Shown here in pieces: positions 9,016-20,052 of a stretch of 64,000 bases of DNA (position 1 is its first letter; each line of letters opens with the position of its first letter). A program made the translations under genes and the position numbers. Source of the DNA: an uncultured Gammaproteobacteria bacterium (GTDB taxonomy: Bacteria; Patescibacteriota; Microgenomatia; Levybacterales; UBA12049); the NCBI GenBank assembly GCA_964533055.1, contig CAZHKZ010000003.1, positions 2,483-66,482 on the forward strand. The letters are read 5' to 3'. Below the pieces are notes generated by a model. It worked only from the letters and a program-made list of their open reading frames with translations. It did not search any database and was not told the origin of the DNA.

Positions 9016-10146
9016 ATGTCCCAATCGAGATCAAAAACATTAAAAAAAGTAATACTCGCCCTCATTGCAATTTTCGTTATTTCCGTAGGTATTAAGATCG
9101 CAATAACACTTATTTCATTCGCCCCAGTTGTGTATGAATTTGCTTTTAACAAAGGTATCGACTTAAAAAAGACCGAAGATCAACGCGTGAATATTCTCCT
9201 ACTAGGTGTTGGAGGTGGCAAGCATGATGGTCCGTATCTTACAGATACAATTATTTTTATTAGCGTTGACCCGGCGCTGAAGGAAGTGAAGATGATAACG
9301 CTTCCTCGAGATCTTTGGATCACTGAGATTGATGCGAAAGTTAACACAGCATACGCAAAAGGCTTAAAGTCTGGGAAAGGCCTGAGTCTTAGTAAGGCAT
9401 CAGTTGGGAAAGTATTGGGACAAAAAATTGATTATGGATTTAGAATTGATTTTAATGGATTTATAAAGGCGGTTGATCGACTTGGTGGGATAACAGTCAA
9501 TGTAGAAAGGACATTTGATGATTATGAGTATCCGATTACTGGTAGTGAAGGTGACACGTGCGGATTTGAGGGCGAAGAGTTTCAGAAGCGTGCGACTGAA
9601 GCTGCAGAAAAGCAGCTAGAGGCATTTCCTTGTCGATATGAGCATCTTCATTTCGACAAAGGAGTACGGGCTATGGACGGCGAGACTGCATTGAAGTATG
9701 TTAGATCTCGTCATGCGGTTGGTGATGAGGGGACAGATTTCGCACGATCTAAGAGGCAGGAAAATGTCATTAACGCTGTAAAAGATAAAGTTTTTTCAGT
9801 AGGAACACTCCTTGATCCTATAAAAATTGCCAACCTTTATGATGTATTTAAAGATAGCATCGATACAGATATAAAAAAAGAAGAGTACGATGATTTTGTA
9901 AAGTTAGCTCAAAAAATGAAAGGTACAACCATTGAGAGTTCTGTGATTGATGATAGTGATGACTTGACGCAGGGTGCGGGACTTTTGACCAACCCTCCGA
10001 TATCTGAAACATATGGAGGTCAGTATGTGCTCGTACCGAAAAAGGGTCCAACTGACTTCACGGATATTCATTCCTATGTAGATTGCTTCGTTGAGCATGA
10101 AGGTTGTCCCACCCCATCTCCAACATCCCTAAAGAAAAGTAATTAA
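9016..10146 (+). CDS. LytR-CpsA-Psr (LCP) family protein
   Basis: N-terminal TM; NILLLG, TDTI, LPRDLW, YVRSRH, DFARSKRQ. Confidence 0.92.
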   Translation: MSQSRSKTLKKVILALIAIFVISVGIKIAITLISFAPVVYEFAFNKGIDLKKTEDQRVNILLLGVGGGKHDGPYLTDTIIFISVDPALKEVKMITLPRDLWITEIDAKVNTAYAKGLKSGKGLSLSKASVGKVLGQKIDYGFRIDFNGFIKAVDRLGGITVNVERTFDDYEYPITGSEGDTCGFEGEEFQKRATEAAEKQLEAFPCRYEHLHFDKGVRAMDGETALKYVRSRHAVGDEGTDFARSKRQENVINAVKDKVFSVGTLLDPIKIANLYDVFKDSIDTDIKKEEYDDFVKLAQKMKGTTIESSVIDDSDDLTQGAGLLTNPPISETYGGQYVLVPKKGPTDFTDIHSYVDCFVEHEGCPTPSPTSLKKSN

Positions 10147-12392
10147 AGCCTGTAGATTTTTGTTTCGTTGCTCTGAAAGACAATCGACCCAACCTGGTCA
10201 AGAAGTGTTTCGTTAAGAAGATATTTTTCCTTTTCAAGAGCTCCAACAAACACATACTTAATCTCATATTTATGGACAAGATTCTTGAAGGTGTTTAGAT
10301 CAGTTGTTTCATAGAGGGACTTGATCTCCTCAATTCTTGGTGATGGGATGTCATAACTCCCTCTCCAGAGCCACTCATGTACAGTCCAGCCAAGCACCGT
10401 TGGAAGTCCTGTATTTGCTGACACTCTGCCGTAGTCTGTGTAGGAGTCTCCCTGTGCCTCAAGAATGACAGGTTGATCAGAGACATTTTTTTGCATCCAG
10501 AGAATTCCATTATAGTCATCTGGATATTTTTGTTTAAGGTAGATCGTTCCATCTAGCGTGCGGACTTTATCATGAATAAACTCTGCTGAAAAGATATTTC
10601 CATAAAAAGAGGTGAGTGAGAAATAAGGATAGACAAAGACGATAACAAGCAGCATCGTTGTCGAAACAAAAAAGAGACAATACGTTATAACGTGTATCGG
10701 CGACCTCTTTGATTTAAGAACCTGTGAGATCCTGGCTATGATATAGCCAGATGCCAGGGAGAACATGATAAAGCTTTCAAAAACCAGTTTGAACATCGTA
10801 TTCGCTCTATAGTGTGCTGGATAAATATCCTTTGCGTAAATAAATTCAGGAACAATGATAAGAATCGTCGACAGGATTATCAGTAGTGCGATAAAAATGT
10901 CAGATGGTGAAAGTTTTTTAGTGCGAGTTAGGAAAATGATAAAAAGGATTGTAAAGAAAATAAAAAATCCATAGAGGATTCCAAGTTGCCAAATTGGAGA
11001 TCTCAGGCAATGGTCTGCTTCAAAGAGAAATGGCCCAACATGTCCAAGATCGGTCAGTACTTTAGGAGCGCAAAGAATTCCAACACCCGAGACAAACGGT
11101 TTGAAAGCAAGTGAGAATGGCAATGATATGACAAAAAAAAGTCCACCAAGTAAGATGAGTGGCACAAATGTTTCCTCAATAATCTGAAGGATTCTATCAA
11201 GTAAGGGCTTTTTCAGAAAAAGTACTCCAAGTTTTTTGTACAGAAGAATTATTGCCGCAAAAAGAAGATAGATCAGGCCATCCCAGGCGTTTGTCATATA
11301 CATGATTGCTAGAAGTGTACCAAGCGCAATGAAGTGAGTTGTCCTCATTGGGATGTATGTTGAAAGACGCGAAAGGATTGTGAGCACTTTCTTTTTTGAG
11401 ACTTTCCTTTTTACGACAGTCTTTTGTGTTATAAAAATCGAATAGAGCAGGGCAATTGTTGTAAGAACAATTGGAATATCAAGTGCATGGCCATGAAGAT
11501 CGGAGACAGTCCATGAATAAATTGGAAATTCATGAATAGTATTATGAATAAATCTTGTTGCGTTTGGATACCAGTAGCCATTCGGAAATGTATTTGGGAG
11601 GAATTGTTGTTGCCAAAATGGCACTGGCTTTTCAGGATCATAGACTTTAAAGAGTGAATATGTCGCATGGAGATTTCCAGAAAATGTTACAAGGAATGCA
11701 CAGAGTAGTCCGACAAGGATATATTTTAGAGAGCGGATTTTATCATTGATATTTCTGTAGATGCTTGCGCCAAGAGAAAAGCTCTCTATAAAGCAGAGTG
11801 CAGCTAGAGTTGCAATCATAAGATTGTAGGAGTAGTTAGAGTGGGTAAATGAGAGCTTGGTAAGTACTGCGGTGAAAAGATGTCCAAAATAATAGTAGTT
11901 TATTGATAGCGGGGAAAGCCACATATCTTTTGGTGGGAAGTAGCTGGATTTAAGAATTGAATTAACAAAGCCAAAGTCCATGAATTTTTCAAGCCCATTT
12001 ATCTCTGGTGTAAAGGAGCGTACGAATGAAAAGAAAATAAGTATACTTATGAAAAAAAGCTCCTCAGCTAGGAAAATCTTCCAGTGATCGCGTAGGAAAG
12101 TAAAAATAATGCTTCGAGTTTTCTCTTTATAATTTCTATAGATTGCGAAAATCGAGCCAGCTGCTAAAAGTGTACAGAGTAAGAAAAGCGAGGGTGTTGA
12201 GAAGGGGAGCAGGTGTGCAAATCCAAGGACAAATGCAGCATATGAAATTATGATTGCTCCGAGGATCTTACTAAAAGCATATCCTTTATCAAGAAAACCA
12301 TTGAAAAGCAGTGCTGATATGGGAAGTGAAATTGCTCCTAGAACAAAGAGCATTGTCCACCATTGAAGGAGAAATGCTATATCAGCGCTCAT
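10143..12392 (-). CDS. DUF2298/Chlor_Arch_YYY membrane protein, putative GT-C glycosyltransferase
   Basis: GLEKFMDFGF, INYYYFGH, IHEFP..SDLHGH, RANTMFK, TGLPTVLGW..HEWLWR. Confidence 0.85.
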   Translation of the reverse strand: MSADIAFLLQWWTMLFVLGAISLPISALLFNGFLDKGYAFSKILGAIIISYAAFVLGFAHLLPFSTPSLFLLCTLLAAGSIFAIYRNYKEKTRSIIFTFLRDHWKIFLAEELFFISILIFFSFVRSFTPEINGLEKFMDFGFVNSILKSSYFPPKDMWLSPLSINYYYFGHLFTAVLTKLSFTHSNYSYNLMIATLAALCFIESFSLGASIYRNINDKIRSLKYILVGLLCAFLVTFSGNLHATYSLFKVYDPEKPVPFWQQQFLPNTFPNGYWYPNATRFIHNTIHEFPIYSWTVSDLHGHALDIPIVLTTIALLYSIFITQKTVVKRKVSKKKVLTILSRLSTYIPMRTTHFIALGTLLAIMYMTNAWDGLIYLLFAAIILLYKKLGVLFLKKPLLDRILQIIEETFVPLILLGGLFFVISLPFSLAFKPFVSGVGILCAPKVLTDLGHVGPFLFEADHCLRSPIWQLGILYGFFIFFTILFIIFLTRTKKLSPSDIFIALLIILSTILIIVPEFIYAKDIYPAHYRANTMFKLVFESFIMFSLASGYIIARISQVLKSKRSPIHVITYCLFFVSTTMLLVIVFVYPYFSLTSFYGNIFSAEFIHDKVRTLDGTIYLKQKYPDDYNGILWMQKNVSDQPVILEAQGDSYTDYGRVSANTGLPTVLGWTVHEWLWRGSYDIPSPRIEEIKSLYETTDLNTFKNLVHKYEIKYVFVGALEKEKYLLNETLLDQVGSIVFQSNETKIYRL

Positions 12393-12937
12393 GCTTTTCG
12401 TTTCTCCATCATCTGAGATATTTCAGGAATTCTTATGATGTTCCCTGGCAATTTCTGGGCTTTTGATGAACTATCAAGCCAATAGAACTGGGTTTTTTTG
12501 ATGTGCTTAGCTAGATGAGTAAGTAGGGCAAGGTCATCATCAATATATTTATCAAGCTTGAGACTCCCTAGAACTTCTTCTTTAAAGATATGTGGCTGAA
12601 GGTTAGTGTAGTTAAAATACATGCCATCAAATATCAGATCAAGCCCCAGTTTTTTGGTAATTCTCTCTGTTTGTTTTTCCAAAAAGCGAAATCGACTTGA
12701 AATAAGGAAAACTTTATTAGTTTTGGCAACTTTTTTGAGGAAGGCCATGTTGTCTTGGAGCGGTGGGCGAAAGATTGGATTATGTGAAATTTGCCTTATG
12801 AGTTGCTCAGGGAGAGAGGGGATTCTATACATAAGATTTTTTGATGAGTTCTTTTTGTAGAGTCTATTTATAAGATCATCAGAAATAAAAGGTGGATAGT
12901 CTATGAGAACTTTGTCCAGATCAAATCCTATTCGCAT
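12389..12937 (-). CDS. HAD-superfamily hydrolase
   Basis: IGFDLD motif I; YIDDD motif IV. Confidence 0.7.
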   Translation of the reverse strand: MRIGFDLDKVLIDYPPFISDDLINRLYKKNSSKNLMYRIPSLPEQLIRQISHNPIFRPPLQDNMAFLKKVAKTNKVFLISSRFRFLEKQTERITKKLGLDLIFDGMYFNYTNLQPHIFKEEVLGSLKLDKYIDDDLALLTHLAKHIKKTQFYWLDSSSKAQKLPGNIIRIPEISQMMEKRKA

Positions 12938-12940
12938 ACA

Positions 12941-13978
12941 TTATATTTTAGAGATGAGGTTAAGAATTTGAAAGTCCCAACCTACCCTATGAGTATCGCC
13001 GGTTCTTTTTTGAATTTTTGTTCTATTCTTCTTGTACCAGAGATAACTTTCAAGGAGTAATTCTTTATTCGATTTTTTTGGTTGCCAGTTAAGTAGGTCC
13101 TGTGCTTTTTGAATTGAAACATATGAAGGCACTGGCATTGTCATATAGTGCCATGCTGCAAGTGGGGAGAGGTGGAGCCACTCAAGAACTCTTAGGGCAA
13201 TCTGCGTTGGGAGAACTGGAAGTCCTGTAATTTTTGAAACTGACTTGTCATGTCTGATGACAGTTTTGAGATCTTTTCTCCACGTCTGGTATTCGCGAGC
13301 GCCAATGTTGAATATTTCATTCTTAACACTACTAACAAGGGCCTTATAGATTGCATCAGCAACATCAGAAACTGCAAGGAGCTGATACTTGTTGTTTCCC
13401 TTGCCGAGAATAAATACTCTCCTGCCTGTATAAATTGCCTCAAACCAGAGCGAGAAGACACCCAATCTTTCAGGTCCAAGGAAGGTCTTGGGTCTAATAA
13501 TATTAATAGGAAGGCCCTTCTCCATATATTCTTTGCAGATCTGCTCACCGATAAGCTTTGATTGTCCATAGTAGCCAATTGGCTCGAGTGGACTTTCCTC
13601 AGTTTCGGGAAGATGTTTTGGGACGCCATAGAGTGCGGTCGTTGAGATAAAAACAAGTCTTTTCACCTTCTGCTCATATGCCGCATCAACAACTCTTTTT
13701 GTTCCATCAACATTAACACTAAAGATTTTTTGTTTGGTTCTCTGAATTGGGAGTGCTGCTGCGGCATGAATGACATGAGTTATTCCTTTCATTGCCAGGG
13801 TAATATCTTTTTTCTTTCTAATATCACCCTTAATCACCGTTACTTTTCCGATCAGATCTTTTGCGTCAAGAGGTGCTTGGTCAAAAAGTGTGACAGTAAA
13901 ATCCTTTTTAAGAAGAAGTCTTGCGAGGTGCACGCCTAAAAATCCACAACCACCAGTGATGAGAACATGAGGCTTCAT
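12941..13978 (-). CDS. NAD-dependent epimerase/dehydratase (extended SDR)
   Basis: ITGGCGFLG, HAAA, YGQSK. Confidence 0.92.
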   Translation of the reverse strand: MKPHVLITGGCGFLGVHLARLLLKKDFTVTLFDQAPLDAKDLIGKVTVIKGDIRKKKDITLAMKGITHVIHAAAALPIQRTKQKIFSVNVDGTKRVVDAAYEQKVKRLVFISTTALYGVPKHLPETEESPLEPIGYYGQSKLIGEQICKEYMEKGLPINIIRPKTFLGPERLGVFSLWFEAIYTGRRVFILGKGNNKYQLLAVSDVADAIYKALVSSVKNEIFNIGAREYQTWRKDLKTVIRHDKSVSKITGLPVLPTQIALRVLEWLHLSPLAAWHYMTMPVPSYVSIQKAQDLLNWQPKKSNKELLLESYLWYKKNRTKIQKRTGDTHRVGWDFQILNLISKI

Positions 13979-14023
13979 AGAAGGTTATTGTAGCGTGTGG
14001 TTTTTGTTGATACAAGAAGCAAA

Positions 14024-15724
14024 TCAGTTTTTTTGAGTATTTTTAAAAATGGTTACAACAGGGTGATCATAGACACTAAATGACTCGTCAAAATTCTGAT
14101 CATTGAACTCAATTGTAGTAAATGGAATATGCGCAAATGATGTAAATTCAGCTACTTTTTTGTAGCCTAACTTTTCGGCAAAAAGGTCATTATAGTACTG
14201 TGCGGTTTGAACATAACATTTTCCAGGAGGAAGTTTCGAGCAGGTGGTTAGCTTTCTCAGTGGCGTGTAAAGTCTATTGGATGCAAGAATTATATAGTCA
14301 CTTCTCTGGAGTGAAAGATTGATACTGTCCCACTTAGCTGGTGTATCAGCTTCATAAAGTGGCAGTGTCTCATATTTATAAGCTCCTGCATTAAATATCG
14401 GGAGTGAATCGTCCCAATGTTCAATTGCAAGTGTGCTTTGGGGTGGAATATTTTTCATGATCCAAAGACTTGCCTCAAATCTTGTAAAAGGTTTTGCATA
14501 GATTGTCATAAATGATAGCGGCCATAAGAGGATTGCGATAAGTGTAATTCCAATAAGGAGCCTTTTCCCAGAATAAACTTTTCTGAATATTTGACTACAT
14601 AGAAGAGCTCCAAAGAGAGCGAGAATTGGATAGAGAGGAAGCATGTACCTGACAAAACCAATTGCAAACTTACCAACAATGAAGAAATATACCATGAAGA
14701 AAAGGAGGAGGATTAGCTCTTGCCTTGAAAAGTCCATCGCTCTCCTTCTGGCAAGAGCGACTATTCTATAGATTATTCCTGCAAAGCAAATGGTTGCAAG
14801 AAATGGTCCCATACCGATAAAAAATATTTGGGTAAGATCGTAGAGATAGGGAATTTTGCCAACATATTGTAGCGTGTAGGGGAAAGTAAAGGCGTCTCTT
14901 GTCATTGCTGCTTGAGCAAGAGTTTGCTGTACGAATTCCTGAAAATCTAGTGCAACATAAGGTTGCAATATGAAGAACAATAGAATGGTAACCGTACCAG
15001 TGGCACTAAAATAGTAGAGTAGCTTTTTGATATAGGCTGGGATATGTTGGGCCCAGATGCTTGGTCTATGAGGCTGCTTTATAAAGAGTAGAGCAAAATC
15101 CAGGATGATTGTTGCTAGAAATGAGGTCAAGAGAACTGTGGCGCTAATCTTTGTTGCAAAAGCACAGGCAAGTGAAGCGCCGATCGCCAAGGCTATTTTT
15201 AGTGAAGGTTTCTTATAAAGTCTAATGAGCAGATAGAGCGTAAGTGTAATGAAGAATGTTAAAAGTGTATCAACAGCATAAAATCGCGAGAGTTGGATCG
15301 GGAGCACAGCAGTGCCATAGAAAAATGATGCCAATAGTCCTACTTTTTCTCCCCAGAGTTTTTTACCAATATAAAAAACAAGTGCTAATGTCCCAAGGTC
15401 TGCAATAAGTGAAAGACATCTCCCAATAAGCGTGAGATAGTCATAAGAAAAGTACTCTGGCCTAATGAGGCTGAAAGCTTTTCCAGTCCAGTACAGAAGA
15501 TAAAGCGGTAGTGATCCGTATGCGAAGAAATGCGGATTCCAGCTACTATCTTTGTCAAGAAATTGTGAGACTGAGGTCGGGAATGACAGCTCATTTGTGA
15601 AGAGTACAACTGCCCTTTCGTCTGGGTGCATATGATATCCCTGGTCCCAATTGATTCCCACTAGTCGGAGAATTCCAGAAATGAGAAATATTCCTATAAA
15701 GAGTAACTTAATGTTTTGCTTCAT
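14024..15724 (-). CDS. ArnT/GT39-like GT-C glycosyltransferase
   Basis: HPDER, NPHFFAYGSLPLYL, many TM helices, RYMLP. Confidence 0.82.
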   Translation of the reverse strand: MKQNIKLLFIGIFLISGILRLVGINWDQGYHMHPDERAVVLFTNELSFPTSVSQFLDKDSSWNPHFFAYGSLPLYLLYWTGKAFSLIRPEYFSYDYLTLIGRCLSLIADLGTLALVFYIGKKLWGEKVGLLASFFYGTAVLPIQLSRFYAVDTLLTFFITLTLYLLIRLYKKPSLKIALAIGASLACAFATKISATVLLTSFLATIILDFALLFIKQPHRPSIWAQHIPAYIKKLLYYFSATGTVTILLFFILQPYVALDFQEFVQQTLAQAAMTRDAFTFPYTLQYVGKIPYLYDLTQIFFIGMGPFLATICFAGIIYRIVALARRRAMDFSRQELILLLFFMVYFFIVGKFAIGFVRYMLPLYPILALFGALLCSQIFRKVYSGKRLLIGITLIAILLWPLSFMTIYAKPFTRFEASLWIMKNIPPQSTLAIEHWDDSLPIFNAGAYKYETLPLYEADTPAKWDSINLSLQRSDYIILASNRLYTPLRKLTTCSKLPPGKCYVQTAQYYNDLFAEKLGYKKVAEFTSFAHIPFTTIEFNDQNFDESFSVYDHPVVTIFKNTQKN

Positions 15725-17330
15725 GTCTAATTTTATACAGTATTACTGTAGGTCTATCAAAGATATTAACTGTTTGTTCAAAGCTGAAGATTGGACTATT
15801 TATATAGAGGAGTGAGCACCAGAAGTCACAAGGTGTTTCATAAATCTTCTCAAATCGACCAGAGGTAGTAATCTCATTATAAACAGCATTTCCTTTAGGG
15901 AAGTTTTTTGCATCAACAAGTCGAGTTTTATAAAGTCTCTGACTAGGAAGAATTAGATAGTCTGACTGATCAATCAAAGCGTTATATTTTTCCACTGTAG
16001 ATTCGGGGGAATTATTATCAAGGTCGTAGAAATTAAATAGAGTTATATTGGGATATGCCGAGTTGAAGGGGGTGATTCCGAGATCATAGACCTCAGATAT
16101 GATTGGACTTGTGCTCGGAATTGTTTTGTTGGCAAATGTTAATGCTTGAATTCTTGTATCAGTATCAAAATACACAGTTTTAATAAATGCAAAAGCCCAG
16201 AGCATACATAAAACTCCAATGCTGCCTTCTATAAAGTGCGATCCTTTTTTAGGGAAGAATTTTAGGTTTGAAATCTCGCTTAGACCATAAGCCACACAGA
16301 GGTAGATAAATGGAAGCGTTGGGATGAAGTAACGTGTCCATTGCGCAAATAAAAATGTTTGGGAAAAGAATGTGATCGAGAGAAAGATGAGAAGAAAAAT
16401 GAGCGGGTAGTCGACCCTTTTCCTCAGAGATACTAGGATGAACACAAATGATATTGGAAAGAGTATGGCGAATATCGGGCCAAGAATGAATGGATAAATT
16501 CGCATAATCGGGAAGAGAATTGGTATTGCTGAAAGGAATTCGCCAGTATAAAAAACAATAAGTTTGCCAAGAGCAACATTTGACTCATATGAAATACTGT
16601 TGAGAAAGGATTGGTGATCTAAATACACAAATGGATTCGTGAGTAGGTAGCAGGCTGCAGTTGCAATGAAGATGACGATGGTAGTAAATAATTTTTTATG
16701 AAAAGGATAGCGTTTTTTTAAATAGAGAGCGCCAATAGTTGGGAGAAAAATAATGCTTGAGATTTTAACGCTTATGAGAATTCCAAGTGACACCGCGATT
16801 ATGATTATTGCTTGGCGAGTTGGCTTGTGGAAATATTTGATAAAACCATAGAAGAGAAGTGTTGAGAAGAAGGTAAGCCATGTTTCAAATGTTCCAAAGT
16901 GGGCGTACTGAATTAGGCCAATGCTAAATGTGGAAAAAAATGCAGCGATGAGACCCGTTCGATTATCTTTAAGAAGCTGCCCTATTTTAAAGATAAGATA
17001 GATGGTGCCAATAGATAAAAATGTCGAGAATCCTCGTAAAATAAGAATCGCGTCCTCAAAGCTTACTTGATTAATCGAGGGGTGGTTGTGCATTGTTAGG
17101 AAGTTTTTGAGAAGCCCTGTAAAAAAAGTAAGGTAGATCGGTAGAGATCCATACGCAAAAAAGTGAGGATTAAATTGGTCTGGGTAGGAGAGTCCAGCGA
17201 TGGCGCTTGCAATATTTCTTTCATCGGGATGAAAGAAGAATGGCGATCCCCACGCTAGAGATATCAGTCTAAGTATTGATGCAAGGCATAAAAGTGCGAT
17301 AAGTATTTTTTGAGAATATTTATCCATCAT
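15708..17330 (-). CDS. ArnT/GT39-like GT-C glycosyltransferase, paralog of neighbour
   Basis: HPDER, NPHFFAYGSLPIYL, RYFIP. Confidence 0.82.
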   Translation of the reverse strand: MMDKYSQKILIALLCLASILRLISLAWGSPFFFHPDERNIASAIAGLSYPDQFNPHFFAYGSLPIYLTFFTGLLKNFLTMHNHPSINQVSFEDAILILRGFSTFLSIGTIYLIFKIGQLLKDNRTGLIAAFFSTFSIGLIQYAHFGTFETWLTFFSTLLFYGFIKYFHKPTRQAIIIIAVSLGILISVKISSIIFLPTIGALYLKKRYPFHKKLFTTIVIFIATAACYLLTNPFVYLDHQSFLNSISYESNVALGKLIVFYTGEFLSAIPILFPIMRIYPFILGPIFAILFPISFVFILVSLRKRVDYPLIFLLIFLSITFFSQTFLFAQWTRYFIPTLPFIYLCVAYGLSEISNLKFFPKKGSHFIEGSIGVLCMLWAFAFIKTVYFDTDTRIQALTFANKTIPSTSPIISEVYDLGITPFNSAYPNITLFNFYDLDNNSPESTVEKYNALIDQSDYLILPSQRLYKTRLVDAKNFPKGNAVYNEITTSGRFEKIYETPCDFWCSLLYINSPIFSFEQTVNIFDRPTVILYKIRHEAKH

Positions 17331-17332
17331 AC

Positions 17333-18610
17333 TTATGAAGTAGCTATTCCTGCGATTTTTTTGCCCAACTCAACTGCGTAGTTGGTCCCTCTGTCCCAAG
17401 GGTAGACTTGCTCAATGTTTGCAAGAAAAACGTGCTTTAAGGGTGTCTTAAATGGGGGAATTAACCTTGAATAATTGGTAGGAACAATCGGCTGAGCAAA
17501 AGGAGCTCTGAAGACCTCGAAGTCGATTATGCTTTTTTTATAGTTTTTGTTTATCCTTTTCAGGAGAGGGTCATACTTCTTGAGGAGCTCTTTTTTATCC
17601 ATTGAAAAAAGGTCACTTTTGGGATCAGGATAGTTGCCGACATAGACAATGTGCTCATTAGAAAAATTCTTTTTATCCATGAGGTTAGTGTGCTCGACGA
17701 CCACCATGACCGGTGCATTTTTCTCACATATGCTTAGCCAATAAGAACCATCTTTTATCAGCTGCTCACTTAGTCTAAGTACCATGTTGGTTGCGCCAAG
17801 CCCACGTAGTTTTACGAGCTTTTGCACATATTCTTGTGGAAGTTCCTGAGCGATTTTTAAAAAGAGGAATGAGGGGAGTGTCACGATGACTTTGTCAAAT
17901 TTCTCTGTCTTTGTTCTCGCCCCATTTTTATATGTGACCTCTGCATCTTTACCATCTTTAATCGCTATTGTTTCTGAGTTGAGATGAATTTTCCCGCCCT
18001 TCCCCTGAATATCTTTTGCAAGTGCTTGGGCAAAGTTGAGGAAGCCACCTTCTGGGTATGCAAGAGATGGAGTTCTTTTATAGATTCTAGTCCAGAACCA
18101 AACAAGTGATATTTCTGATGCATATTCACCCATTTTGTTCCGCAATTGTGGTTCCCAGAGCATAGAAAATGCTTTTTTACCCATGGTTTTTTCAAGAAAT
18201 GAGATCGCGTTTATTTTCTCAAGCGGTTTCCAGAAAGGATTTAATTTGAGGAACGCTAGAACGGCACTCATGCGAATCTTGTCAGCGAGTGGTAGCTTTG
18301 GGAAGCGAAGGATGGCAATTGGTGAATCAAGCTGATAGGTTCTGCCATCAATAAAGACAGATGTTTTAGGTCTTTTAATCAAGACTGGGAAGTTTATTTC
18401 TTTGGCTAGAGATAGGACATGTTCATCATTTGTAAACCAGTGATGATAATGCTTCTCCAGACTCCACTTCCATGACTTTTCTTTGTAGCCGATCGCTAGT
18501 CCTCCCGGCTGAGGATCCTTCTCAAGAAGTGTCACATCATTACCCATTTTCAAAAGTTCATGGGCAGCAGCAAGTCCTGTAAATCCTGCGCCAATTATTG
18601 CAATTTTCAT
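17333..18610 (-). CDS. FAD-dependent oxidoreductase (HemY/amine-oxidase-like)
   Basis: IIGAGFTGLAAA..LEK...GGLA; YPWDRGTNYAV. Confidence 0.85.
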   Translation of the reverse strand: MKIAIIGAGFTGLAAAHELLKMGNDVTLLEKDPQPGGLAIGYKEKSWKWSLEKHYHHWFTNDEHVLSLAKEINFPVLIKRPKTSVFIDGRTYQLDSPIAILRFPKLPLADKIRMSAVLAFLKLNPFWKPLEKINAISFLEKTMGKKAFSMLWEPQLRNKMGEYASEISLVWFWTRIYKRTPSLAYPEGGFLNFAQALAKDIQGKGGKIHLNSETIAIKDGKDAEVTYKNGARTKTEKFDKVIVTLPSFLFLKIAQELPQEYVQKLVKLRGLGATNMVLRLSEQLIKDGSYWLSICEKNAPVMVVVEHTNLMDKKNFSNEHIVYVGNYPDPKSDLFSMDKKELLKKYDPLLKRINKNYKKSIIDFEVFRAPFAQPIVPTNYSRLIPPFKTPLKHVFLANIEQVYPWDRGTNYAVELGKKIAGIATS

Positions 18611-20052
18611 AAAGTACTTCCTCGCTGCATAAAGAACAACATTGCTCCAATGCCGAGCACAAGAATGGTTATTATACCTGAAAAAACTACATTTGAGCTA
18701 CCCGGTGAGGACATGGTGGGTGATGGGGAAAGTGAAGTTGGCGGTACTGTCGTAGCTTCTGGGCTAGCGCTTGCACTAAGCGTCGGCGAAAGCGTTGGTA
18801 TTACTGTCATAGTAGCTGTTGGACTTACTGAGGGCGCTACGGTTGGAGTCGATTTGGTTGGGTTTGGTGTTTGACTGATAGTTGGAATCGTCGATGGGTT
18901 TGTAGGTGAGACGGATGGCTCAGTAAACTGACTGCCTTCTGCAAAGACGGTAAAATTTCTAGTGATAGTTGTGAGGATCCCCTTACTATTTTTGGTCTTT
19001 ATAGTAATAGTATGGTCGCCAGGGGAAAGATTGCTAGGTGGTCGATATGACCAGATGCCATTTTTATCTGCTTTTACAGATGCGGTGATGGGATCAGAGT
19101 GTATTTCAATAAGAACCTCTTCATTAGGTGCTGATGTGCCTTCAAATTTGGGCTGTTGGTCAGTTAGTTCTTCCTTGTTGTCTGGGCTTACGATGGCTGG
19201 TTCTGCTGGGAGATCCTCAACTGCACTAAATGATGGAAACGCATTATCATCAACCTGAGCGGATTCAGTCGATATAGGAGTTGCGTTAGGATCGCTGCTG
19301 TCTACGGTGAAATCATAAATGTTTGAGAGTGTTATCTTAGGAACAGGATTGATTTGGGCCGGAAGTAGCGAGACTCGGGAAGTCAGAGTTGGACTTTGAA
19401 ACAATAGCTTGATGATAGAAGAGTCTTTGAATGCCAGATAACTACCAAAGTCGCTCGTTCGAAGTGCGTTAAGTGGAAGTACAAAACTTCCATTCGGCTT
19501 TGTAAGAGTTGAAAGCATCTGTGCACTGTCTGTTACGAGGAACACCATGACACTATCATCGGTAGATCCATCAGGATATGCTGCGCTTCCCACGATTGGA
19601 GCTTGGCGCGATGGCTGCTGGGTGATTGTTGAAAGGGTCTTGATACTGAATGGCTTCTTGCCCTCATCCTGAAAAACTTTATCTGAGGAAAGGATCGTAT
19701 AGTAATAGGTGGTCTCAGGCTTTAAGTTGCGAAGCGTTATATGGTGTACGTTGTATTGTTTTGGAGTACCTGACTGCTGGTCACGATCATCAAGTGCCAC
19801 TTTCCCTCTATCAACACCCTCTCCATAAGAAAGCGATCCCAAAACCTTTTCATCAGTTATGTAGGAAATGGTGAATGATGTGTCAGTTTGATTACTGATC
19901 CTTATTTGCTTAGGGGTGTAAGCAGGAGATGCATTTGTAAGTAAGAGTAAATCACTCCTGAGGAGTATCGACACAGTCACGAGTCCAATTCCTAGGAGGA
20001 TAAGCCCAAGAAGTGTTGGAATTCTCTTATGAAAAAATGATGAATTGTTCAA
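18607..20052 (-). CDS. Surface protein with FN3/Ig-like domains, S/T/P-rich stalk and C-terminal TM
   Basis: LKPETTYYY FN3 signature; QPKFEG..GIWSY..LSPGDHTI Ig-like domain; PT/ST-rich linker. Confidence 0.78.
   Translation of the reverse strand: MNNSSFFHKRIPTLLGLILLGIGLVTVSILLRSDLLLLTNASPAYTPKQIRISNQTDTSFTISYITDEKVLGSLSYGEGVDRGKVALDDRDQQSGTPKQYNVHHITLRNLKPETTYYYTILSSDKVFQDEGKKPFSIKTLSTITQQPSRQAPIVGSAAYPDGSTDDSVMVFLVTDSAQMLSTLTKPNGSFVLPLNALRTSDFGSYLAFKDSSIIKLLFQSPTLTSRVSLLPAQINPVPKITLSNIYDFTVDSSDPNATPISTESAQVDDNAFPSFSAVEDLPAEPAIVSPDNKEELTDQQPKFEGTSAPNEEVLIEIHSDPITASVKADKNGIWSYRPPSNLSPGDHTITIKTKNSKGILTTITRNFTVFAEGSQFTEPSVSPTNPSTIPTISQTPNPTKSTPTVAPSVSPTATMTVIPTLSPTLSASASPEATTVPPTSLSPSPTMSSPGSSNVVFSGIITILVLGIGAMLFFMQRGSTL

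Noticed and set aside
17333-18610. Protoporphyrinogen oxidase HemY
   Set aside because: No heme genes nearby; the glycosyltransferase context favours another role.
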